The notes under the pieces are model-generated. The model was given only the letters and a program-made list of their open reading frames with translations. It was not told the origin of the DNA and ran no database searches. Positions 57,465 through 64,000 of a stretch of DNA of 64,000 nucleotides are shown here, piece after piece. Source of the stretch: a candidate division WOR-3 bacterium (lineage in GTDB: Bacteria > Hydrothermota > 32-111); the NCBI GenBank assembly GCA_039804205.1, contig JBDRZY010000006.1, positions 63,855-127,854 of the forward strand, read 5' to 3'. The translations under genes and the position numbers were made by a program. Position 1 is the first letter of the stretch. Each line of letters starts with the position of its first letter.

Positions 57465-58312
57465 CCTTTCAAATCCACTTTTAAAAAATATTCTAAAGAT
57501 TCCATCCAGCACTTCATAAGGTTTATTCCATTATCTTTTAAAATTTTATTTTCGAGAACAGAATATGAAGGTCTTTCAGGAAAAAGCCCTTTCGAATCTC
57601 TTGCTTCTATTCTTATGTCAAGTTTCATAATCTTTTTTATCATAAGAGCAAAACCATACCAGCTCGTTTCCCCTTCATCTGTAGAATGGATAATACCGGA
57701 AAGATCATAATCTATAATTTTCTCCACCTGTTTCGCTATATTGTAAGTATAGGTTGGAGTTAGTACCTGATCGTCTACAACCGATACCGCTTCTTTATTT
57801 TCGGCTTTTCTTAAAATAAAGGAAACAAAGTTGTACCCTTTCGATTTACTCTCCCGTTTTCCATATAGACCACTAACTCTTAAAATTTTTGCATCAGGAT
57901 TGTTTTCAAGTATCATGAGCTCACCAATATATTTTGATAAACCATAATTGTTTAAAGGATCGCATCTATCCTTTTCTATATAGGGAGTTTTCTTTTTACC
58001 ATCAAAAACATAATCAGTGGAAAAATGAAAAAATCTAATTTTATTTTCATTACAGAATTTTGCAATAACTGCTGGAAGATTCGCATTCATCAAAAAAGCA
58101 TCTTTGATATATTTTTCACTTGATACAACATCAAGATACGCTGAGCAGTTTATAAGAATATCGTATTTATTTTTTATAAAATCCAGAAAATCATCAACCT
58201 TCTTAATATCAAACTTTTCCTTACCACCACCATCAACAACATATTTTTTGGAAAGCACCCTTTCAAGGTCATAACCAAGCTGTCCATTCTTTCCAATTAT
58301 GTAAATTTTCAT
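57461..58312 (-). CDS. rfbD: dTDP-4-dehydrorhamnose reductase (RmlD family)
   Basis: It begins [16 protein letters not shown] and has STDYVFDG and YGLSKYIGE (YxxxK). Confidence 0.85.
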   Translation of the reverse strand: MKIYIIGKNGQLGYDLERVLSKKYVVDGGGKEKFDIKKVDDFLDFIKNKYDILINCSAYLDVVSSEKYIKDAFLMNANLPAVIAKFCNENKIRFFHFSTDYVFDGKKKTPYIEKDRCDPLNNYGLSKYIGELMILENNPDAKILRVSGLYGKRESKSKGYNFVSFILRKAENKEAVSVVDDQVLTPTYTYNIAKQVEKIIDYDLSGIIHSTDEGETSWYGFALMIKKIMKLDIRIEARDSKGLFPERPSYSVLENKILKDNGINLMKCWMESLEYFLKVDLKG

Positions 58313-59121
58313 AAAGAGAATACCTTAAAAAGATCTTTTACAGAGTCACATACGATATCTATATCCAGATTTGAGTTTTTATAATCTTCAAGTTTGGTTT
58401 CTCCTGAAAGCACTAAAACGGATATAACCCCTGCATCAACAGCCATTCGCATATCAGTGTACAATCTATCACCAACCATAACCGCATCACCGTTTTCAAT
58501 CGAGTAAAACTTTAAAATATTTGTAAGCATTTCAACATTTGGTTTCCCGATGATTTCCGGTAACCTGTTGGTACATTTTTCGAACATGCTGATAAAACAG
58601 CCTATATCTGGAATAAAACCATCTTCGGTTGGACAGAGTATATCGGGATGTGTTGCAATATATCGTTTCCCCTGAATCAAAAATTTGTAAGCTTTTTCAA
58701 TCTTTTCATAGGTTAAAGTTTTATCAAAACCGAGTAAAACAACTTCAGGATCTTTATCGGTTATTATAAAACCATTCTCTTTTAACTCTTCCTCAAAGGA
58801 ATGTGTTCCGAGAGGAAAAATTTTTACAATATTCTCTCTTTTCATCTTCAAAATCGTTGCATTCAAAGATGTAAAAATTTCATCGATCGAAACTTCAAAA
58901 CCCATCTTTTTTAATTTCAGGTAATAATCTTTTCTGTTCTTTGAAGAATTGTTCGATAAAAACACTCTTTTTATCTTTAGATCCTTCAATCTGTTCAAAA
59001 ACTGAACTGAACCATCGATAAGTTTATCTCCAAGATATAGAGTGCCATCCATATCAAAGAAAAATATTTTGGGGAAACTATTCCCATTCGATAGTTGAAG
59101 GTGGTTTTGATGATATATCAT
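58309..59121 (-). CDS. HAD-IIA family hydrolase (NagD-like)
   Basis: Motifs seen are [22 protein letters not shown] and MVGDRLYTD. Confidence 0.85.
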   Translation of the reverse strand: MIYHQNHLQLSNGNSFPKIFFFDMDGTLYLGDKLIDGSVQFLNRLKDLKIKRVFLSNNSSKNRKDYYLKLKKMGFEVSIDEIFTSLNATILKMKRENIVKIFPLGTHSFEEELKENGFIITDKDPEVVLLGFDKTLTYEKIEKAYKFLIQGKRYIATHPDILCPTEDGFIPDIGCFISMFEKCTNRLPEIIGKPNVEMLTNILKFYSIENGDAVMVGDRLYTDMRMAVDAGVISVLVLSGETKLEDYKNSNLDIDIVCDSVKDLFKVFSL

Positions 59122-60613
59122 ATACTACCCTGTTCACTCCTTTTACTTCGTTTATTATTCTGTTAGAAATTTTTTGAACAATCTCCCTTTCAAACCAGTA
59201 AAAATCAGCTGTCATTCCATCCGTCGAGGTAACAGCTCTAAGAGCTATCACATTCTCATAAGTTCTTTCATCACCCATAACACCAACACTCTGAACAGGC
59301 AGAAAAACAGCAAATGCCTGCCATATTTCATTATAAATTTTATTTTTTTTCAACTCTTCAATGTATATAGCATCAACTTTTCTTAAAATTTCAAGTTTTT
59401 CCTCGCTTACTTCTCCGATTATTCTTATCGCAAGACCCGGCCCAGGGAAAGGATGTCTGTTTATAAAATTTGATGGTATTCCAAGTTTTAAACCTATCAT
59501 TCTAACTTCATCTTTAAAAAGATCTTTCAAAGGTTCTATCAAACTAAAATTCATCCTTTCAGGTAAACCACCAACATTATGATGGCTCTTTATAACCGCT
59601 GAAGGGCCTTTTGTCGATTTTGATTCGATTCTATCAGGATATATAGTTCCCTGTAATAAAAACTTTGCATTTTTAATTTTTTTTGCTTCATCTTCAAATG
59701 ACTCAATAAAAAGTTTTCCTATGATTTTCCTTTTCTTTTCAGGATCGGTTACACCTTTTAAACTTTTCAAAAAAATTTCACTCTTATCAACATATTTAAC
59801 ATCAAGTTTTAATTTCTGATTGTAAAGTTCAATCACCTCTTTTGCCTCGTTCATCCTTAAAAGTCCTGTATCTATAAGAAATCCCTTCAACCTGTTTCCA
59901 ATTGCCTTTTTTACAAGCACTGCAGCAACAGTTGAATCGACTCCACCCGACAATCCACCTATAACATAACCATCGCCAACTTCTTCCTGTATATTTTCAA
60001 CAATACTCGTTATAAGATGCTTGCTCGTCCAGTTCTTTTTCGCTCCACATACTTCAAAAACAAAATTTTTTAAAATCTCTTTTCCAAATTCTGTATGGAA
60101 CACCTCAGGATGAAACTGTAATCCAAAAATTTTTCCATTTTTACTCTCCATCGAGCCATATTTACAGTTATGACTGTAACCTGTTCTATAAAAATTGTCA
60201 GGTAATTTCACAACATTGTCCGAATGTGACATCCACACATTTATCTGTTTAGGAATATTTTTGAAAAGTTTCTCACCCCTTAATATGACAAATTTAGCAA
60301 ATCCAAATTCTCTCTTTTTTGATCTTTCAACTTTTCCATTATATTTTTTTGCTAAAAGCTGCATCCCATAACATATACCTAAAATTGGGAGATCAAGTTT
60401 TATAAGATCGAGATCTATATCCGGAGAATCCTTATCGTACACAGAATTTGGACCGCCGGATAAAATCAGACCATAATAGTTTTTCAATTCAAGATCTTTT
60501 ATCCCATCGGGATGAACCATCTCTGAAAACACCTCAAGTTCTCTTATTCTCCTTGCAATGAGTTGAGTATACTGTGAACCAAAATCAACTATAAGAATTC
60601 CTTTCTTATTCAT
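59078..60613 (-). CDS. guaA: Glutamine-hydrolysing GMP synthase
   Basis: It has a GATase domain (GICYGMQ, QFHPE), the PP-loop GLSGGVDS and the C-terminal PPSTIEWE. Confidence 0.97.
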   Translation of the reverse strand: MNKKGILIVDFGSQYTQLIARRIRELEVFSEMVHPDGIKDLELKNYYGLILSGGPNSVYDKDSPDIDLDLIKLDLPILGICYGMQLLAKKYNGKVERSKKREFGFAKFVILRGEKLFKNIPKQINVWMSHSDNVVKLPDNFYRTGYSHNCKYGSMESKNGKIFGLQFHPEVFHTEFGKEILKNFVFEVCGAKKNWTSKHLITSIVENIQEEVGDGYVIGGLSGGVDSTVAAVLVKKAIGNRLKGFLIDTGLLRMNEAKEVIELYNQKLKLDVKYVDKSEIFLKSLKGVTDPEKKRKIIGKLFIESFEDEAKKIKNAKFLLQGTIYPDRIESKSTKGPSAVIKSHHNVGGLPERMNFSLIEPLKDLFKDEVRMIGLKLGIPSNFINRHPFPGPGLAIRIIGEVSEEKLEILRKVDAIYIEELKKNKIYNEIWQAFAVFLPVQSVGVMGDERTYENVIALRAVTSTDGMTADFYWFEREIVQKISNRIINEVKGVNRVVYDISSKPPSTIEWE

Positions 60614-61253
60614 CTATAATCCTTTTTAAATTTTTTCTTATATCTCCGTTAAAAAGATATGAACCCGAAACTATCCAGTCAGCACCTGCCTTTATAGCAT
60701 CTTTTCCAGTTTTATCGTTTATCCCACCATCGATCTCGATTTTATAATTTCTGTTTCCTCTCAAGAGTTTCAATTTCCTTACTTTTGTTAAAGTGTATTT
60801 TAAAAATTTTTGACCTGCAAAACCGGGATGAACTGACATCACAAGAACATAATCAACATAATCAAGATAGGGTATTATCCTTTCAAGTTTAGTTTCAGGG
60901 TTTAATACAATACCTGCTTTTACCTTTCTTTTCTTTAATCTATTGATAAGAAGAACAGGATTTTTTGTTGTTTCAATATGGAACGATATGTGAGTAGCCC
61001 CAGAATCAATGAATCTATCACAATATTTATCCGGATTTTCTATCATAAGATGAACATCCAAATATCTATCGGTTAACTCTCTGACAACTTCTACAAAATA
61101 TGGACCAAAAGTTATATTATCGACAAAATGCCCATCCATAACATCGAGATGTAAAATTTTTACAGAAGAAGGTATATATGATATACTTTTTTGTAGATTC
61201 TTTATATCTATTGATAACAGGGATGGTATTATCTGAATATCTCTATCCATCAT
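60606..61253 (-). CDS. rpe: Ribulose-phosphate 3-epimerase
   Basis: Motifs seen are [34 protein letters not shown] and IEIDGG. Confidence 0.95.
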   Translation of the reverse strand: MMDRDIQIIPSLLSIDIKNLQKSISYIPSSVKILHLDVMDGHFVDNITFGPYFVEVVRELTDRYLDVHLMIENPDKYCDRFIDSGATHISFHIETTKNPVLLINRLKKRKVKAGIVLNPETKLERIIPYLDYVDYVLVMSVHPGFAGQKFLKYTLTKVRKLKLLRGNRNYKIEIDGGINDKTGKDAIKAGADWIVSGSYLFNGDIRKNLKRIIDE

Positions 61254-62038
61254 TTTCCTTTCAAAATCAATCTTAAAGTATCATCTTTTTTCAGATACTG
61301 TCCACTATCAGGGATCTGCTTTATAACATAGAAATTTTCCTGCTTACCCTTTATCGTATCGATCTTCAGATTGATATACCTTAAAAGTTTTGAGGAAACT
61401 ATCAAAGCCGAATCTGACGATAATCCAACAAAGTTCGGGATCTGAACATAGTTCTCTATTCTTCCTTTTGAAACATACAGAGAAATCGTTCCACCTTTTG
61501 AAATCAAACTGTTCTCGGAAGGTTCACTCCCCACAACTATATTTTCTGCATAGTTGTTATCGAAAACATAATTGGTATCGTTAACTATAATACCATTTTT
61601 TAAAAGCAGATCCGTTGCGTTCGAAATATGTAAACCTTTAACGAATGGAACCTTTATTTTTTCTGTTCCCTTTGAAACAATAACTTCAACTATTTTGTTG
61701 AACTTTATCGAACTGTTTGGCAATGGATTCTGAGAAATGATTATACCGCTTGGAACATTTTCTGAATACTCTTCACCTGCGATCCTCATGTCAAGGCCTG
61801 CGAGTTCGAGGTTAGTTCTTGCCTGACTTATCGTTATACCCGTAACATCTGGGACCCTGATTTCCTTTGATGTTTTCAACAATACAGGCATAATTATTTG
61901 ACCTAAAAACAACCCAACGAAAACAAAAAGTATCGCAACAAGTGTCAACAGACATCCCAATTTTTTACCTTTATTGTCAATATCAAGATTTTTTACTTCA
62001 TCCTTTATTTCGTTGACTTTAAAAAAAGATAATTTCAT
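61250..62038 (-). CDS. Membrane-anchored protein with three PASTA domains (no kinase or PBP domain)
   Basis: One TM helix is followed by three PASTA-like repeats, for example VPDVTGITISQARTNLELAGL...VIVSKG. I prefer the start at ATG 62038, which forms a verified ATGA overlap with the upstream stop and has a purine-rich RBS. The track start is 62059. Confidence 0.8.
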   Translation of the reverse strand: MKLSFFKVNEIKDEVKNLDIDNKGKKLGCLLTLVAILFVFVGLFLGQIIMPVLLKTSKEIRVPDVTGITISQARTNLELAGLDMRIAGEEYSENVPSGIIISQNPLPNSSIKFNKIVEVIVSKGTEKIKVPFVKGLHISNATDLLLKNGIIVNDTNYVFDNNYAENIVVGSEPSENSLISKGGTISLYVSKGRIENYVQIPNFVGLSSDSALIVSSKLLRYINLKIDTIKGKQENFYVIKQIPDSGQYLKKDDTLRLILKGK

Positions 62039-62823
62039 TCTCTTTCCTTGTTTATCCATATTTTTACACCTGTTCCTTTTTTGACTTTTGTTCCAGCTGC
62101 TGGCTGTTGTTTTATCACTATATCAAAAGGATATTCAACATCCGTGACATATATTATCTCTTCAACAAAAAGTCCAGCATTCGAAATTTTTAGTTTTGCA
62201 TCATCTTTGGTCAAAGAGTTAACATTTGGAACAACAACATTGACAACACCTTTTGAAACATTCAGATTAACAGCTGATCCAGCTGGTATTCTTACTCCTC
62301 CAACCGGATCGGTTGAAACAACAACATCGGTTCTATATTTTTCATCATCAACATATTTAACATCACCTATTTTCAATCCAAGATTTATTATTTCCCTTTT
62401 TACCTCATCTATATTCAACCCTACAAAATAAGGAAGAGTTATCAGTTTCTGAGAATCAACTTTCGTTTGTTCAACAACTTCTTTTCCAGAACTTATTACA
62501 ACATTGATCACACTATTTTTCATAACATTTGTGCCGGCAAACGGTGACTGTGAAAGAATTATTCCTTTTTCTTTATCACTAGTTTTTTCCGATTCTACAA
62601 AAAGGTTCAAACTTTTGTTAAGGAGAATAATCTTTGCTTTTTCATAATCAAGACCTTCAACCAATGGCACCTCTACCATTTCGACTGAACTCTTTTCTGA
62701 ATCTTTTTTAAAATCAGGTAAAAGAGGTGTTATGAAAACTACAGCAATAGTTGATACGATTACAGATACTATGATTGAAACTATCAGAGATATCGTGATG
62801 ATCTTACCCGTATTATCAAACAT
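62035..62823 (-). CDS. Membrane-anchored protein with three PASTA domains (paralogue of the downstream gene)
   Basis: It has an N-terminal TM helix (IITISLIVSIIVSVIVSTIAVVFI). Three repeats of about 65 aa follow, of the type VEVPLVEGLDYEKAKIIL...VVISSG. Confidence 0.8.
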   Translation of the reverse strand: MFDNTGKIITISLIVSIIVSVIVSTIAVVFITPLLPDFKKDSEKSSVEMVEVPLVEGLDYEKAKIILLNKSLNLFVESEKTSDKEKGIILSQSPFAGTNVMKNSVINVVISSGKEVVEQTKVDSQKLITLPYFVGLNIDEVKREIINLGLKIGDVKYVDDEKYRTDVVVSTDPVGGVRIPAGSAVNLNVSKGVVNVVVPNVNSLTKDDAKLKISNAGLFVEEIIYVTDVEYPFDIVIKQQPAAGTKVKKGTGVKIWINKERE

Positions 62824-62824
62824 T

Positions 62825-63997
62825 TTATCCTCCTGTTTTTCTTAGAAGTGCTCCATAACCACCATTGAACGGATCTCCAAATGTGAAAAACTGACTTATA
62901 AGTTTGTAATCTTTATTTTTTTTCAAAAAATTTTGAATCACTTCATGGTTTTCCTCTTTGAATATCGAGCATGTGATGTATAAAAGTAATCCATCCTCTT
63001 TGACGAATTCTTCAGCTTTTTCAACCATTCTGCTCTGTATTTCAACAAGTTCATCCATTTTCTTTCTATAGTTGTATTTCACATCAGGGTTTTTCCTTAT
63101 TGTTCCTGTAGAGGTGCATGGAACATCAAGTATCACAAGATCGAAAAGTTTATCAAGGTTCAATTTGAAAAGATCCGCTGCGAAAGTTGTAATGTTTCTC
63201 AATTTTAATCTTTTAATGTTTCTGTTCATCATTTCTATCCTTTCCGGATCTTTATCTATCGCTACTATTTTTGATTTTGGAAGAAAAGATTTCACAAGGA
63301 AACTTTTTCCACCAGGTGCAGCGCATAGATCCAGCACCTCATCTATTGTTTCCTCGAGTTGTAAAGATCTAAAAATGTTAAGATAAACAGGGTCAAGGAT
63401 ATACTCCTTTCTCGTCAACCTTTCATTATCCTTAAACTCTCTGTATTCAAGTTCATCTATTCTGAAAGCGTATGTGGAAGGTTTTGAATTGTAAAATTCA
63501 AGGAGTTGTTTTGTTCTTTCGAGCCCAACTTCCTGCAAAAGATACTCTATGAAATGTTCAGGGAATGAATATTTTATAGACAAACTTGATAAAGAATCAT
63601 CATCTGGTATTGATATTTTGTCCCTGTTTCTCAAGAACTCTCTTAAAACCCAGTTAACAAATTTTTCATTGTTCTTTGTTTGAGATTTTGCAATTTCAAC
63701 TATTGTTGATAAAACCGCATAATCTTTATGGTTCATATACAGAATTTCATATATGGCCATTCTTATAAGATTTTGAGTTTTTTTAGCAAGATCATGTACA
63801 TTTTTACCGGTTGTCTCTTTAATTATATGATCGAGTAAAAATTTGTTTCTAACAACACCATAAACAAGTTCTTTAATATAGGAAGCAGTTTTCTTATCTT
63901 TCCCCAAAACCCTTGTCTCATAGGATTTTTTAAGTGGGATGTTCTTTGTGAAAACATCTTCTAGAATATTGTATGAGATCAATCTTCTATCTTCCAT
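62825..63997 (-). CDS. rsmB: 16S rRNA (cytosine967-C5)-methyltransferase RsmB/Sun
   Basis: It has a NusB-like N-terminal domain, the SAM site DLCAAPGGKS and the catalytic motifs ILDVPCTSTGTIRKNPD and YITCS. Confidence 0.9.
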   Translation of the reverse strand: MEDRRLISYNILEDVFTKNIPLKKSYETRVLGKDKKTASYIKELVYGVVRNKFLLDHIIKETTGKNVHDLAKKTQNLIRMAIYEILYMNHKDYAVLSTIVEIAKSQTKNNEKFVNWVLREFLRNRDKISIPDDDSLSSLSIKYSFPEHFIEYLLQEVGLERTKQLLEFYNSKPSTYAFRIDELEYREFKDNERLTRKEYILDPVYLNIFRSLQLEETIDEVLDLCAAPGGKSFLVKSFLPKSKIVAIDKDPERIEMMNRNIKRLKLRNITTFAADLFKLNLDKLFDLVILDVPCTSTGTIRKNPDVKYNYRKKMDELVEIQSRMVEKAEEFVKEDGLLLYITCSIFKEENHEVIQNFLKKNKDYKLISQFFTFGDPFNGGYGALLRKTGG

Positions 63998-64000
63998 GTT

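Noticed and set aside
59309-59323. Sigma-54-like sequence on the minus strand (AGCAAATGCCTGCCA, the reverse complement of TGGCAG-GCAT-TTGCT).
   Set aside because: The spacer between the GG and GC elements is one nucleotide too short. The site lies inside the guaA coding region with no downstream gene start.
61250-62823. The two PASTA ORFs, considered as one gene split by a frameshift or as a pseudogene.
   Set aside because: Each ORF has its own N-terminal TM anchor and a complete set of three PASTA repeats. The junction is a clean ATGA overlap preceded by a purine-rich RBS. They are tandem paralogues.
1-64000. A search for CRISPR arrays, tandem or interspersed repeats, transposases, integrases, phage genes, toxin-antitoxin pairs or recognisable defence systems.
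   Set aside because: I saw no direct-repeat/spacer periodicity. No ORF carries transposase, integrase, RT, nuclease-ATPase or defence-type motifs. Almost every ORF of 60 aa or more that is not a shadow ORF has a housekeeping or envelope assignment. A computational repeat search could still find short repeats that I cannot detect by eye.

Overview
This is a 64-kb window from a low-GC, very gene-dense bacterial chromosome. I call about 57 protein-coding genes. I found no rRNA, tRNA, CRISPR array, transposase, integrase or prophage gene. Gene content suggests a diderm: an SprA-like giant outer-membrane barrel (type IX secretion translocon), MlaFED, a SPOR protein and a DUF2723 membrane protein. 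That points to an FCB-superphylum or candidate-phylum lineage, but I cannot name the organism. Most of the window is housekeeping genes arranged in long minus-strand arrays:
- tilS-hpt-ftsH-folE-folP-cdaA, continuing through nfo to sprA.
- hisC, a Na/Pi transporter, pgeF, recJ, radA, mlaDFE, dnaB, udg, coaBC, rpoZ, gmk, yicC and dtd.
- typA, ogt, mntP and recF.
- mutS, miaB, mtaB, rfbD, guaA, rpe and rsmB.
Neighbouring genes are very often joined by 4-nt ATGA start/stop overlaps. The only accessory-looking block is 18.7-27.9 kb, and it has two parts.
1. A translationally coupled SOS cassette, lexA-orf80-dinB. A perfect 7-4-7 palindrome sits on the lexA promoter.
2. A plus-strand operon behind a near-consensus sigma-54 promoter. 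It encodes four minor-(pseudo)pilin-like proteins in the order FimT/GspH, PilV/GspI, PilW/GspJ, PilX/GspK. The third is expanded to 859 aa and the fourth to 497 aa. Three uncharacterised, much more AT-rich genes are coupled to them, and the last is FemAB/GNAT-like.
This pilin-plus-unknowns operon is my best candidate for an undescribed system. All functional calls come from reading the translations and recalling motifs; no database search was run.
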